Positions 21,537-33,987 are shown, counted from the first letter of the stretch. The stretch is DNA of 64,000 nucleotides from an uncultured Nitrososphaerales archaeon (GCA_963695855.1 CAVOHZ010000008.1:480001-544000), one strand, 5' to 3'. Notes: generated by a model from the sequence alone, not told the origin. A program made the numbers and translations.

Positions 21537-22147
21537 AAGCTAGATCTAATCTTATATTATATTAGTTTTAATATGTCTAATATTTCTAATTTATAGGAAC
21601 TTAATTATTTTTTTTGCATATTTCGATACTACATACAATTAATTACTTTCATATTTTTCAGAAAATATCAAATTTCTTGCTAAAAATGATTATTCTTTGA
21701 ATATTCAAAGGACTTTATCTGCTTCTTTCATAAATATGTGGATACAACCTTAAAAAAATTGATTAATATTATTTATATGATAAATTACATTTTCCCTAGT
21801 TTCTTTCAAAGGTTTTGAAATGATGAAATGTTATCATCTCATCTCCACTCATCTCATATTATTTCCTTTTATTCTTCTCTCCTTTTTATTTTTATTAACA
21901 TAATCAATGAACAATTCTATCAATAAATGGGAGATAATACTGCAAACATATCCATAGCAACTATAAGGAAATGAGACTGATATGGCATGCTGCTTATTAT
22001 ACACCGGTTCAGTAAAGATTTTAGTAGAGCCGAAATCCCTAGCATATGCTGGTCTGTTATTGGGATGATAATAGATGAGGAGAAGACATGTATTAAGCAG
22101 TTACATAACAATAATAATGACTATTATTCACTAATTTCAGTGATATA

Positions 22148-23080
22148 ATGTCACAGCCTGTTTGTTCAAAATGTTATAATAAAAATAGTATCTACTTTAG
22201 ACCATATTCTGGTGAATATTTATGCAAGTCATGTTTTATTTTCTCAATAGAAGAAAAAACATCGAGAACAATATCGAAATTTTCTATGATGCGGTATGGT
22301 GATAGAATTGCCGTTGGTGTTTCGGGTGGAAAAGATAGTCTATCTCTTTTATCTATAATGAAAAAGATCACTGAAAGAAAAAACATCAAGGACTTGGTTG
22401 CTATAACAATAGACGAAGGAATATCCGGATACAGGGAGGAATCTTTAACCTTGGTCAAGGATTTTTGTGCAAAGTTAAATATAAAAAATGAAATTTTTGG
22501 TTATAAGGATTTATTTGGCATGAATATGGATAATGCTATCTCATCACGTCCTTCTGAAAAGATGACCTCTTGTTCTATTTGTGGTACCTTTAGACGAAGA
22601 GCTATTGATATTGCAGCTCAAAATTTAGGGATGAATGTTATAGCTACGGGACATAATTTAGACGATCAACTTCAATCGTTCTTAATTAATATTATTTCAG
22701 GAGATGTGAATAGAATAGGATGGATATATCCTGAACCAATTCAGTATGGATTTCATCATCTCAAGAAAATAAAACCATTCATAGAAATCTATGAAAGAGA
22801 AATCGTTTTCTATGCACTTCAACAAAACATTCCATTCCAATCTGAGCAATGTCCATACATGAACGAAAGTATTAGAAGTGATATGAGAAATTTCTTTAAT
22901 TCACTTGAAGAACAAAGACCTGGCATCAAATATAATACCTATAAATCTCTCCTGAAAATATCCAAGACGTTAAATTCCTCTAACGATTCTCTTAGTAATA
23001 AATGTAGTACTTGTGGACATGAATCTACAAATGGTATTTGCTCTGTTTGTAAGAATCTTATGATTTTGAGATCTGATTAA
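22148..23080 (+). CDS. tRNA 2-thiolation protein (TtuA/Ncs6 family)
   Basis: N- and C-terminal CxxC fingers, SGGKDS PP-loop, CSICGTFRR, TGHNLDD, CPY. Confidence 0.9.
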   Translation: MSQPVCSKCYNKNSIYFRPYSGEYLCKSCFIFSIEEKTSRTISKFSMMRYGDRIAVGVSGGKDSLSLLSIMKKITERKNIKDLVAITIDEGISGYREESLTLVKDFCAKLNIKNEIFGYKDLFGMNMDNAISSRPSEKMTSCSICGTFRRRAIDIAAQNLGMNVIATGHNLDDQLQSFLINIISGDVNRIGWIYPEPIQYGFHHLKKIKPFIEIYEREIVFYALQQNIPFQSEQCPYMNESIRSDMRNFFNSLEEQRPGIKYNTYKSLLKISKTLNSSNDSLSNKCSTCGHESTNGICSVCKNLMILRSD

Positions 23081-23113
23081 TAAACAAATATAATATAATA
23101 TCTTCAAATAGAT

Positions 23114-23436
23114 GGTGCGGAGGCAGGGAGGACTAGGGTGTTAGCCGTACCCTTCTCTGGAAATCGGCTTTATGCTAGGGTCAGTAACTGTTGGGTAAAT
23201 CCTTGGGGAGTAGTTTCCTGCATATCGGGTTGAAATGAAATTACGCCGAATCGGATGGGTATGAGCAGCAAGCTATACGAAGGCATGGCTTTGACTGTTA
23301 ATCCTCGAAATGGGTGAGGTCCGGGAGGGAGCAACCCTAAGGTGACGTATCCGTGCTGGTTCGTCTACGTGGTAGATCATACAAGGTGTGAGATTGGGAT
23401 TATTTCCTAAGGTGGTACCAATGGGCTGCCTTCGCA
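23114..23436 (+). ncRNA. Archaeal SRP (7S) RNA
   Basis: GC-rich ~320-nt island. 5' TGCGGAGGCAG pairs with 3' CTGCCTTCGCA. Helix-8 motif AGGTCCGGGAGGGAGCAACC near 23317-23336. Confidence 0.88.
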
Positions 23437-23467
23437 AATAACTTCGCAAATAACTTCGCAAATAACT
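23430..23467 (+). repeat. 12-bp tandem repeat (CTTCGCAAATAA)x3 overlapping the SRP RNA 3' end
   Basis: Three perfect copies at 23430, 23442 and 23454. Confidence 0.95.
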
Positions 23468-23488
23468 ATGTGTTTATTTTAGGACTAT

Positions 23489-24493
23489 TCATAACCAGTG
23501 ACGAATTTGCAAAAAATCATCCATTGGTTCATGTTTTAAAATTTTTATCAAAGCCTCTGCTTGAGGAACTGAAAGTACAGGTTTGCTGAAATGGTTATCA
23601 GTAGCGATTCTAGGACATGCTACTTGAATATATGCATCTATACCTTTGAAATTTCTTAATCTTTCTTCAGTTATTTCAGTAATAGCAATGAGGTGGATTT
23701 CTTTCCCGAGATCTTCAAAAACTTTTTTTAGTTTCAATGCTTTGATTTTTGCAAATTGTCCCTCTTTCAAACCAATGATTATTCCTATTTTCTCCGCATC
23801 CTGTGCTTTGTATACCGACAATATTGCTTTTTTTTCTAATTTTCTTGCATAATCATTGACCTCTTTATATTCATTAAAATAGGGATCTAGCATTATTGTT
23901 GGTTTTTCAGTTGACATCGCTATACTTGCAGCATGAAACATACTTTGACCTAGAAATACATACGCATCTATCTGGTTTTTTACATCATATGCCGGATAAA
24001 ATTCACATCCAAAAACTTGCGCATTATTAAGCTGCCCTTTTCCTTGACCAATAATCACGTTCAAGCCAGATTGTTCCAATATCTTCCTAACAGATTCGAT
24101 TTGCTCTAGGTGTTGACTATCAGTAACCAATCCTATCGATCTAATCTTTTGATTATCGACTTCACTAGCAAATTTTTTCGCAACCGCGTCGAATTCTATA
24201 TCGTCGAACGCATTAATCATTATTACCTTGTTACCAAACATTTCGAGCGAAACAGTGTGTCCAATGTTAAATAATAAATCTGCTCCCAGCATATCTGCCG
24301 CATGAGTGTTTAGATCACAAGATCCCCAACACGCATCGCCTATTACGTATGCGGGGATTGAATAAATTTCCATAATTTTTTTTGCTGTTTCTTGAATTTT
24401 CGGGAAAAGAGCTTCAGGACCATTTAGAGCTACTGAAGAAGGTTTCCTTTTGCTAATTACCTCTAAAATCTTGTCTTCGTCTATTAGAATCAT
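23489..24493 (-). CDS. dph2: Diphthamide biosynthesis enzyme Dph2
   Basis: CWGSCD, QVFGC, SMFHA, GLKEGQ, VACPRI. Confidence 0.93.
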   Translation of the reverse strand: MILIDEDKILEVISKRKPSSVALNGPEALFPKIQETAKKIMEIYSIPAYVIGDACWGSCDLNTHAADMLGADLLFNIGHTVSLEMFGNKVIMINAFDDIEFDAVAKKFASEVDNQKIRSIGLVTDSQHLEQIESVRKILEQSGLNVIIGQGKGQLNNAQVFGCEFYPAYDVKNQIDAYVFLGQSMFHAASIAMSTEKPTIMLDPYFNEYKEVNDYARKLEKKAILSVYKAQDAEKIGIIIGLKEGQFAKIKALKLKKVFEDLGKEIHLIAITEITEERLRNFKGIDAYIQVACPRIATDNHFSKPVLSVPQAEALIKILKHEPMDDFLQIRHWL

Positions 24494-24637
24494 CTTGTTT
24501 ATTCAATTAAACTTGGATATTGCCTCAAATATTACTTTTCATCTCTGGATCGGAAGAATTAGTTCTGAAATGTTGTTATATTTTAATGTAGATTTAAAGA
24601 ATAATATTGTATATCGTTATGTAATTGCTATTGTTGT

Positions 24638-25483
24638 TTGGGAATTAAAGAAGAAAAGAAAGTGAAAATCATGGGAATAATAAATTCCAGTCCAGAGTCA
24701 TTTTATAAAGCTTCAATCAGGACTAAAAGCATTGATGTCTCCTCCTTTGCAAAAAAAATAGAAGCAGAAGGGGCAGATTTGCTAGATGTAGGAGGGATGT
24801 CTACTGCTCCTTATCTAGATACATTCATTTCTCCAGAAAAGGAAATCCAGAGATTAAGAATAGCTATCAAAGCTATAAAAAGAGCAACCAGTATTCCAGT
24901 CTCAGTTGATACACCAAGGGCAGACGTAGCAGAAGAGGCAATTCATTTTGGAGCTGATATGGTAAACGATGTTTGCGGTCTAAAATATGATGATAAGATG
25001 GGTGAAACTGTTGCAAAATATGGCGTCAAGATAATTTTGGGAGCTTATGAGAAAAACCACCGTAGAATTTCTCAAAATGGGGGTATTTCTTACACGAAGC
25101 GATTGTTATATGACAGTATCAGGACAGCCAAAGAATCAGGGGTAAACAACGAAAATATTATAATAGATCCTTCTATCGGTTTTTTCCGCCAACAAGGCAA
25201 TAATCCTTTTTTTACCAAAATCAAAATTCCATGGTACCTGAGAGATCTTAATATCATTTCTAATTTACACAATTTAACTAAAATAGGCAATCCTCTGTGC
25301 ATCTCTATATCTAGGAAGTCATTCTTAGGTGAATTGTTGAAATTGAAATCTGGAGAAAGGCTTGCTCCTTCTTTGATTCTAGAAGCGATTAGCGTTTTGA
25401 AGGGTGCAAGTATTATTAGAACTCATAATGTCAGGGATACATTTCAGATGCTTTTGACTCTAAACCGTTTTGATCGAATCTGA
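24638..25483 (+). CDS. folP: Dihydropteroate synthase
   Basis: MGIINSSPESF, DVGGMST, SVDT, IIDPSIGF, SRKSF, IRTHNV. Confidence 0.92.
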   Translation: MGIKEEKKVKIMGIINSSPESFYKASIRTKSIDVSSFAKKIEAEGADLLDVGGMSTAPYLDTFISPEKEIQRLRIAIKAIKRATSIPVSVDTPRADVAEEAIHFGADMVNDVCGLKYDDKMGETVAKYGVKIILGAYEKNHRRISQNGGISYTKRLLYDSIRTAKESGVNNENIIIDPSIGFFRQQGNNPFFTKIKIPWYLRDLNIISNLHNLTKIGNPLCISISRKSFLGELLKLKSGERLAPSLILEAISVLKGASIIRTHNVRDTFQMLLTLNRFDRI

Positions 25484-25614
25484 ATTTAAGGTTTTTAATC
25501 GTCAGCTATCAGTATGTGAATAACACTTTTATACTCATCAATTATAGATTGTCAAAGATTTTCGAAGTTCAAAACGCTTATAATCCTTCTTTGAATTTAT
25601 AATATAAAGAAGTA

Positions 25615-27048
25615 TTGAATATCAAAGAAGGACTTACTTTTGATGACGTATTATTAGTACCCAAACATTCTTCAATTGTGTCACGATCCCAAACCAGCTT
25701 GAAAACTCGGTTATCGAGAAATATTAAGTTGAATATTCCAATCATTAGTGCAAATATGGATACAGTAACTGAATCATCTATGGCTATAGCCCTTGCAAGA
25801 GAAGGTGGAATAGGTATAATTCACAGATTTATGACCATTCAAGATCAGGTGGACGAGGTATTACGGGTTAAAAGATCGGAATCAGTGATGATAGAACAAC
25901 CTTATACAATCCCGATAGATTCAACTATAAAACAAGCAAAAAAAATGATGCAGGGTTACGGTGTATCGGGTTTACTGGTAGAAAAAGATAAAAAACTCGT
26001 TGGAATTGTTACAGAGAGAGATATTTTATTTGAAAAGAATTTTGAAAATAACGTATCTGAGGTAATGAGCAAAGATGTGGTTTTTGCGGAGTCGGGTACT
26101 ACCATCGATGAGGCAAAAGAAATACTCCATAAAAATAAGATTGAAAAATTACCTATTATAGACAAAGATAAACAGATAGTTGGACTGATTACAAGTAAGG
26201 ATATCCTAAAAATGGAACAATATCCAAATGCATCTAAAGATAAAAAAGGTCACTTAATGGCTGGTGCCGCGGTTGGTGTAAAGGGTGATTATCTAGAAAG
26301 AACTGAAGCATTATTGGAAGCAGGTGCAGACGTTATTGTTGTTGATATAGCTCATGGTCATAGTGAGAACGCCATTAACTGTGTTCGTCAAATAAAAAAG
26401 GCCTTTAAAAATTGTGAATTGATAGCAGGGAATGTTGCTACTGGTAATGGAGCAGAAGATCTGATAAAGGCTGGAGTTGATGCAGTTAAAGTTGGAGTGG
26501 GGTCAGGGTCCATATGTATAACTAGGGTAATAACAGGTTCAGGTGTTCCACAATTGACGGCAATTGTTGATAGTGTTCAAACCGCCAACAATTATGATGT
26601 CCCTGTAATTTCTGATGGCGGAATAAGAAATTCTGGAGATGTAACCAAGGCTCTTGCTGCGGGTTCATCGTCAATAATGATTGGCAGTCTACTGGGAGGA
26701 ACAGATGAAAGCCCAGGAAAAACTCTCGTTAAAAATGGGAAAAAATATAAAATTTATAGAGGTATGGCTTCCTTTTACGCCTCATTAGGTAGGAGATACA
26801 GAGAGGAAGGAGCACAAGTGGTCGATTCTGATGATCTAAACGATTATGTTCCAGAAGGAGTAGAAGCCATGGTTCCATACAAAGGCAGTGTGGTTGAAAT
26901 AGTACGTCAATTGGTCGGAGGATTGAGATCTGGATTAAGCTATTGTGGTGCAAAGAACATATCTGAAATGCAGAAAAATGCTGAATTTATTAGAATTACA
27001 TCAGCGGGATATATTGAGAGTCAACCCCACGATGTTTCTTTAATGTAA
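25615..27048 (+). CDS. guaB: IMP dehydrogenase with CBS pair
   Basis: [44 protein letters not shown]. Confidence 0.96.
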   Translation: MNIKEGLTFDDVLLVPKHSSIVSRSQTSLKTRLSRNIKLNIPIISANMDTVTESSMAIALAREGGIGIIHRFMTIQDQVDEVLRVKRSESVMIEQPYTIPIDSTIKQAKKMMQGYGVSGLLVEKDKKLVGIVTERDILFEKNFENNVSEVMSKDVVFAESGTTIDEAKEILHKNKIEKLPIIDKDKQIVGLITSKDILKMEQYPNASKDKKGHLMAGAAVGVKGDYLERTEALLEAGADVIVVDIAHGHSENAINCVRQIKKAFKNCELIAGNVATGNGAEDLIKAGVDAVKVGVGSGSICITRVITGSGVPQLTAIVDSVQTANNYDVPVISDGGIRNSGDVTKALAAGSSSIMIGSLLGGTDESPGKTLVKNGKKYKIYRGMASFYASLGRRYREEGAQVVDSDDLNDYVPEGVEAMVPYKGSVVEIVRQLVGGLRSGLSYCGAKNISEMQKNAEFIRITSAGYIESQPHDVSLM

Positions 27049-27269
27049 TTTTTAACTTTCTTTGTGTTAGTTTAAGGACATAAAAGAGACTTGGCCAGTT
27101 TTAAAAAAATCGTTTTAATACTTTCTGTTTATTATTGTGTTATCTGTTAGAATTATTAAAGCAAATAAGATTATTAGAATATATTTCAATCTTCTAAAGG
27201 TATTTGGAATAAGTTCATTCTTGAAAAGAATCTATTAAATTATATACTGTTTTTATTTTATACAGGTCA

Positions 27270-27494
27270 TTGTCAATTGATGTAACCATCCAAGTTTTGA
27301 AGGAAAATGTTGGAAAAAGAATAATGATCAAATTAAAAGGAGATAAAATTGTTAAGGGTGTATTGGAAAAATTTGATCAGCATATGAATCTAATTTTGAG
27401 TGATGCAACAGAATATAAAAATAATCAAGCAACAACTCTCGGAAACATGTTGTTAAAGGGAGATAATATAATAATAATTTCTCCTCAAGAATAA
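27270..27494 (+). CDS. Sm-like (LSm) RNA-binding protein
   Basis: KGVLEKFDQHMNLIL (Sm1) and LLKGDNII (Sm2). Confidence 0.9.
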   Translation: MSIDVTIQVLKENVGKRIMIKLKGDKIVKGVLEKFDQHMNLILSDATEYKNNQATTLGNMLLKGDNIIIISPQE

Positions 27495-28805
27495 AACCTT
27501 TTATTTTTTGTTCAAGTTATTTTAAAAGTATCATCTTGAAAAAATTGTTCTATAAACTAATCATACAAGATAAATCAAGACACGATAGTTCTTTAATATC
27601 TTTTTAAATAATTTGCTAAGTTGGATTCACTCCATGAATGATTTTGTTAATATCTCTGTACAAATATATATACTATATTTTTACAGATTTGTTTTTTTCT
27701 TGTCATGGAGATGAAATAATAATAGTCATGATTTTTAATTAATTCTGCTTTGCTTTATTCTAGTATCTTTTCTTATTTTCTTTTATTTAATTCTCGCCAC
27801 TATACCACCAAGATTCATACTGTAGAAATACTGAAATATTTTTCAAGAACTGTGTTTGTGCATTAATGTATTATTGATAATAAAAAATTTAACTTTTTAG
27901 AACAAAAAAGATTTTGTCTTCATATGAGAAATTGCTTGTTGGAAGGTGTCGCCTGACACGCTAAGCTGTATAGGAAGTTACTTGTATTATTTTATTTATA
28001 TTGTTGATATGATTTTTCAGAATTGTTTTAGGAAATTAATTCATCTTTATTATTAATATAATTATTTAGATTATAATTAATGACTATCGTTTTATAAGCT
28101 ATATGTGTACGTTTTATACAATATAATTGAATAATACAATTCGACTATGAATAAAAATCGAAAAATGATAAATACGATTCTACTGTTTATTGGAATTGCA
28201 AGGGCAACAGTCACTTATTTGAATGTAAGTGTATGAGTCAAGTTCTCGTCCAAACTTCGGAAGTCCATTACCTGGATCGATACCTTAATTGCAAATTATG
28301 TATTAATACATGCTTAAAATAGAATCCGATCATAAATCTCTTTTATATTCCTTCTTTCATAAGAGATTAAATTACTCGAAATCAAGTCGACGTATAGGAA
28401 TGTGTTGTAAGTCCATTACGCAAAACATCCAAATATTAAAGATATATTATTTTTAATATCTCGAAACATAATTTCTAACTTTTTAGGTGAACATTGAATT
28501 ATTCTATATTAATAGGTACTTAGACACTTTACACAAGTCGAATCAACAAATTAAATAATCATAAGAAATTCTATAAATTTAATCTCGTTCAATGTTTTTA
28601 TATATAATATACTCTAAGATTATGTCTTATTCTGATTTTGACTTAAATATTGAAATGAACTTGATATTTTAGCACTTAAATACTTCCAATTTTTATTAAA
28701 AAACTTTAAAGCTATACTACTAATTTATAAAGCAATCTGAAATCCTATATGTCTTATCTTTTTTAAATTTCCTATAAAATAAATAATCCGAATATTCTAT
28801 TAATT

Positions 28806-29030
28806 TTGTTGTTTAATACTTTACCAAGGCCGGCAAAGATCGGCGTTATAATCCTCCTAGGTGGTGTTGGAGTTTTGGCAGTCGGGACAACAATGATGAG
28901 TGAGTCTTTTTCATATTATGGATTACTTATTATTATTACTGGACTTTTCATTTATCTTGCATATAGTTATAGCTTTATGGGAAGATCAAGATATCAGATG
29001 GATGAAGGAAAGAAGAAAAGAAAAAGGTAA
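28806..29030 (+). CDS. Small two-TM membrane protein
   Basis: Two hydrophobic helices, basic tail, followed by a T-rich tract. Confidence 0.6.
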   Translation: MLFNTLPRPAKIGVIILLGGVGVLAVGTTMMSESFSYYGLLIIITGLFIYLAYSYSFMGRSRYQMDEGKKKRKR

Positions 29031-29596
29031 CCAGGATTTAATACTCTTAATTAATAGCTTGGTATTATATTTGTCAGAGACTGAAACACTTTTTTAGGCC
29101 CTTTTTTTTTGTCTTCCATAGTTTCTAAAATTCTTACAAATTGCATTTAATTCAATTCTTTTTAGAGCTATGGATAAAGATATTTCTATTCATCATATTC
29201 TACGATTATATTATTTATCAAATCAAATACCGGTTCAGTTATAGTTTTGCAGATACTCAGGATATTGAGTTCGATTGCACGTTGACCATAGTAGATATTA
29301 TTTTAATATACAAGTCGAATTCATTCAATTACCAATTTTTGATTGATTAACAAAGAAATCTTTTAGCTATAACTTGTACAAATTTCGATTTGTTTAATTA
29401 GTCATCTATAAATGAAGTTTTTACAATATATTTCTAATTGTTAAACTAGATTTATTTTATTAGTAAATTAGTAAATTGATTACATAATTACTCTAGAATT
29501 TAATATAATTATATTATGTGATCTTTTTCTGAAAAAAGCTGTAAAATTCTTTTAAAACGCAGTTATTTTATGTTATAAAAGAAGGCAATAGAAAAA

Positions 29597-30250
29597 TTGA
29601 ATAAAAATAATTATAGTATGATTTTGGGTTTTTTATTCTTGATAATACTGACAATCCAATTTTCTAGTCGACAACAAAATATACTAGCACAAATGGGAAA
29701 TTCAAATTCTGCGGAATGAATTCCAAATCGTACAACGGTAAAGCCAAATGTGGATGTGTCTATTGAAGGTACTGAAAATGATGACAAGATTAAAGGTGGA
29801 GAAAGTAATGATAAAATTTCTGGGAAAGATGGAGGTGATAAATTAAACGGTGTCTTAGGAAATGATGTTCTGAAAGGCTATGCTGGAGCTGATAAGATAA
29901 ATGGAGATTTTGGAAATGATAAATTAGCTGGAGGTGCGGGAAATGATCTCTTACAAGGAAAAGGAGGTAACGACAAGATCAAAGGTGGATCAGGTAATGA
30001 CAAGATAAAGGGAAGTGCAGGAGCTGATAAAATACAAGGTGGAGAACGTATGTATACTGTTGACGGAGTAAAGGGTAAAGATAAACTGGAGGGAGGCAAA
30101 GGTGCAGACGCATTTATGTGTAATACTGAAGACACATTTAAGGATTTTAATTCACAAGAAGGAGATTCAATTACCGGTGTGTGCTCGCCTGTCGATGAAC
30201 GAATTCCTAATTTAAACAAACTCGCATCAGAAAATAATAGCCAATTTTAA
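29597..30250 (+). pseudogene. Secreted RTX/hemolysin-type Ca-binding repeat protein with an in-frame TGA at 29717-29719
   Basis: Signal-peptide-like frame from TTG 29597 is in frame with nonapeptide GGxGND repeats (29750-30250). Confidence 0.7.
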
Positions 30251-30591
30251 GAATTTTTCTTTTCACCCATTATTATTTATATTTTATATCTAGGTGGTTT
30301 TTGAGTAGATCTTCTGTAGTTGAATATATTACCTACCAAAATCAATGAAATATATCCCTTGAATTAAATATAATTAAAACTTCATATAATTTTAATCAAA
30401 CATTTATAGGTAATATTTATAGAGAATTGAATTGTAGATCCTATATATAGTTAAATATAAAAATAGATTATAATGTCTATCTGTGATGATACAATGTTAT
30501 TGTCATATTTATCATTTAAATTTCATCACATTTTCATCTTAGATTCTATCAAACTTACGATCTCTTTAACTCTCCTGAATCTAGCAAGGTA

Positions 30592-31242
30592 TTGATTCAT
30601 ATGTTAGTAAAACTAAATTTAAAATATTCTATTTTCATCCTGGTTTTTATCGGATTTTTAGTATTCTCCAATCTGATCTTCGATGAAATAGACGCTAAGA
30701 AGTCAAATGATAAATCAAAGAAAAAAATATCCATTTGCTGTACATGGGGACATACATTGGAAGATGGAACGCTCACTTATGTTATTAAAAATGGTGACAA
30801 TGCTCTCCATAAAATCGTAAAATCATCTTTAAATGACTGGGAAAATGCGGTATCAGTTTTACACTTCCAAGAGGTAGATGATAGTGTAAATCATGATATT
30901 TCCATAGATTTTAAGAAAGGAAAAGGAAAAAAAGTAGGTAAAACAGTTACATATTTTGATAACAAAGGGTTTATTGATCATGTGGAAATATCACTATCAA
31001 AAAAATCCTACGGAGTCAAATTAGATAAAACTATTTTAGAACATATTACTAAACATGAGATCGGTCATTCTCTGGGATTAGGACATGCTAATTTCAAAAA
31101 TACTCTGATGTCTCCTGTTGTTAATGAGGTTACTACAAAAATATCAAAGTGTGAAATTGATGCTGTAAAGAATGCCAATGAATGGAAATTCGAAAATAAT
31201 AATTCTCATTCCTCCGCTGAGAAATCCTTCAAATGTAAATAA
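30592..31242 (+). CDS. Matrixin (M10) family secreted metalloprotease
   Basis: N-terminal TM/signal, HEIGHSLGLGH, Met-turn LMSP. Confidence 0.88.
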   Translation: MIHMLVKLNLKYSIFILVFIGFLVFSNLIFDEIDAKKSNDKSKKKISICCTWGHTLEDGTLTYVIKNGDNALHKIVKSSLNDWENAVSVLHFQEVDDSVNHDISIDFKKGKGKKVGKTVTYFDNKGFIDHVEISLSKKSYGVKLDKTILEHITKHEIGHSLGLGHANFKNTLMSPVVNEVTTKISKCEIDAVKNANEWKFENNNSHSSAEKSFKCK

Positions 31243-32210
31243 TGCTCTATTCATTGGTAACTGTCAATTGACTGCAAGTAAACATTCGATTTCTAGAACA
31301 ATACTTTTTGATTTTAGAATTTTTTTATTATATCATAGCTTGTACACGTATAATTGTTTTGTTTTGTCTATCATTGGTCACATAGGAAATTATTCATAAA
31401 GATCGAACCTCCACCGATCATGATAATTGCCTAATCCCGTTATACTTTTCTTCAATGCTGGAATTAGATAATTTTTCAATCTGATTAAATTAAATAACTT
31501 AATTCAATATCCGATTTCATCGTATGAATATAATATCGACGTTTCTTTTTAACCAGTAATATGACATATTTTTGAACTAAAAATAAATGTTTCTAAAAAT
31601 TGGAATTCAAAATTATTTATTGGATGGTTCTCCATAACTTTTACTCGTGATGTGAGTTTTAGATCACGAATTTTGGATGTTATAATGTTGCAAATCTATT
31701 TGGCTCTTAAAATCTACTAATAATTTTTGTGTTTGATTCGAGTTTATTCAATCTTATGACGACATATAATAATATAATAAAATTTATTTACTATGAAGCT
31801 ATATTTCTACAATCTACCAATAAAAACTAGATATAATTCGTGTGTTTCAGTACTTTGAGATATTGTATTTCTCGGTCGTAATTAGTAATAACGTTGGAGA
31901 AAAGATTACTACTTAAGCTTCATTATTAAATTGATGAAAAAACTATTTTGCTATATCACATTGATTAGCTAATATATTTTCGCATTTCCTGCTAATCTAT
32001 TGGATATTTACATTTTCAACCTGATACTGTTTGATCATGTCATTTTCTAGTAACACTTAATTCGTGTATATGATAGGGCTAATATATAATACATTAGTTT
32101 ATAGTATTATCAATCACATCTTTATATTATAGATAGTTTGTTGTGAAAATACGACCTATTCTTAACATCGAATAAAATCATTAAAAATTATAAATTAAAA
32201 CAATATTTAT

Positions 32211-32591
32211 ATGATTAACCTATCTATTAATGATCAAATGGATTTTAATTCGCTTACCAAGGATATTTTGAATCTGGATTCAAAGGTTCGGTTTGCTGCC
32301 GTTTGCGATGATTCTGGTGACATAAAATATGGTGGTCAAAGAGAAGGGGTGATTAATCTGCTATCCACTGAAGAGACAAAAAGATCAAATCTACAAGCAC
32401 TCGCTAGGTGGTCATTACGTAATTCGTTGAGCGGAAAAATTGGAAAAGGACAATATGCCATGGCAGTTTATGAAAAGATTAAGCGTATAACGATCCCATT
32501 AGAGAACGATCATCTTCTCCTGGTAACAATGGAAACAGACTCTAATCATGATAAGGTAATAAATGACATATTATCTTTAATCAAAAAATAA
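32211..32591 (+). CDS. Roadblock/longin-like small protein
   Basis: ILNLDSKVRFAAVCD...G...YEKIKRITIPL pattern. Family assignment from memory. Confidence 0.65.
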   Translation: MINLSINDQMDFNSLTKDILNLDSKVRFAAVCDDSGDIKYGGQREGVINLLSTEETKRSNLQALARWSLRNSLSGKIGKGQYAMAVYEKIKRITIPLENDHLLLVTMETDSNHDKVINDILSLIKK

Positions 32592-32636
32592 TAAAATCTA
32601 TCTTAAATATTTTTTTTAGTTTTTTTTAGGTATTAG

Positions 32637-33065
32637 TTAATACTTCCCATAAGGCCCTGTTAACCTCCCATAAACTTCACTATCTTTTTCTTTTGAAGAT
32701 GTTGATCCAATTCCACCCATACCACCACTATAATTACCGATAATTTCTAAAACATCTTCTGGTTCAGACAACTCGGCAAGCAACTCTAGGGTTAGACGGT
32801 GGTTTGTCACATAATGTGTTCCCCTATCTTGTATTGATGGAGCCATCCCTGTCTTTCTTATTATATATTCTCTTTTAGCATCTTCATCAATTCCAGATTT
32901 TGTAAATATCTCTACCATGTAAAAAGGTGCATATTCTTGCCCTTTTTGTTCTCTATGTAACAAATCGTTAATTAGTCTTGGATCAACTTTAGGTAAATAG
33001 GTCTCGAACAATGTTTGTAATCCTAGATAAGCTCTCCTTATCTCTTGTGTACCTGTCATAGGCAT
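32637..33065 (-). CDS. Hypothetical protein
   Basis: 142-aa ORF with normal composition and an upstream TATA-like site. Confidence 0.7.
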   Translation of the reverse strand: MPMTGTQEIRRAYLGLQTLFETYLPKVDPRLINDLLHREQKGQEYAPFYMVEIFTKSGIDEDAKREYIIRKTGMAPSIQDRGTHYVTNHRLTLELLAELSEPEDVLEIIGNYSGGMGGIGSTSSKEKDSEVYGRLTGPYGKY

Positions 33066-33218
33066 GATATGCTATAAATAGTATATGAGCATTTCTAATT
33101 TTTATAATTCTACAATTTTAGCTAGTAAAATTTTCTCTGACACAATTATAGATTAAAAGTATTTTATAATTCAAATTTTATCATTTTATATATTCAATTC
33201 TGAATATATGAATTACCT

Positions 33219-33821
33219 ATGCGAATAAAATGGATTATAGGATTGATCGTAATTGTTGGTATAGCTATTGGCTTTTACACGTTATCTCCACTTTTTATAA
33301 ACAAGGAAGTTGAAGAACAGATACCAGATAACCTTGCGATTGATGCTTATTATAAATTTCAATCACTAGATGATGTTGAACGTAGTAATATCGCTTCGGA
33401 GATGACAGACAGAGAAAAAAATATTCTTATGATTGGAGCTAAGGAAACCAACAAAGAAATCAATGAAGAAATGTCTAAATTTATGGACAATTTATCGTTT
33501 ACCAGAAATCTAGAAGGAACCTTTAGTGGGGTTGGTGATGGTATTCATAATGTGGATGGGATAGCAAAAATTCTTACACTTGTTGATGGATCAAAAGTAT
33601 TAAGGTTGGAAAATTTCAAATCAACTAACGGTCCTGATCTACACGTATATTTGTCAACTGATAAGATGGCTTCCAATTTTATGGATTTAGGTAGACTAAA
33701 AGGAAATATTGGCAAACAAAATTATCAAGTTCCTGATGACACTGATCTGTCAAAATATAATAATGTTCTAATTTGGTGCAAGGCATTTTCTGTTCTATTT
33801 GGTAATGCACAACTAGTTTAG
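33219..33821 (+). CDS. Membrane-anchored DM13 domain protein
   Basis: LRLENFKSTNGPDLHVYLS, LGRLKGNIGKQNY, VLIWCKAFSVLFG. Confidence 0.92.
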   Translation: MRIKWIIGLIVIVGIAIGFYTLSPLFINKEVEEQIPDNLAIDAYYKFQSLDDVERSNIASEMTDREKNILMIGAKETNKEINEEMSKFMDNLSFTRNLEGTFSGVGDGIHNVDGIAKILTLVDGSKVLRLENFKSTNGPDLHVYLSTDKMASNFMDLGRLKGNIGKQNYQVPDDTDLSKYNNVLIWCKAFSVLFGNAQLV

Positions 33822-33987
33822 ATGCTGAATCATTAAATTGACTGCTTTATCTTAAAAATATGTCTTGTTACACAGCTAGCTATTCCCCACACCTTTAGCT
33901 AACGTATTATAGACATAAATCGAGATTTACTGCAGAAATCTCTTCTAAAGAAGGAGAGATTATTTCATATTGGCCTTATAGATAACT

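Noticed and set aside
23273-23461. 62-aa minus-strand ORF MRSYLRSYLRR
   Set aside because: Antisense shadow of the SRP RNA and its tandem repeat.
23430-23467. Possible CRISPR array
   Set aside because: 12-bp units without spacers. No repeat-spacer array or cas gene was seen anywhere in the window.
28147-28322. Cys-rich frame YWNCKG...CKLCINTC
   Set aside because: No in-frame start. The ATG frame looks like a truncated signal peptide, so probably a decayed gene.
29717-29719. Selenocysteine recoding of in-frame TGA codons (also 3818-3820)
   Set aside because: No SECIS-like element or redox motif. The IS630 TGA sits at a likely Trp codon in a decayed element.
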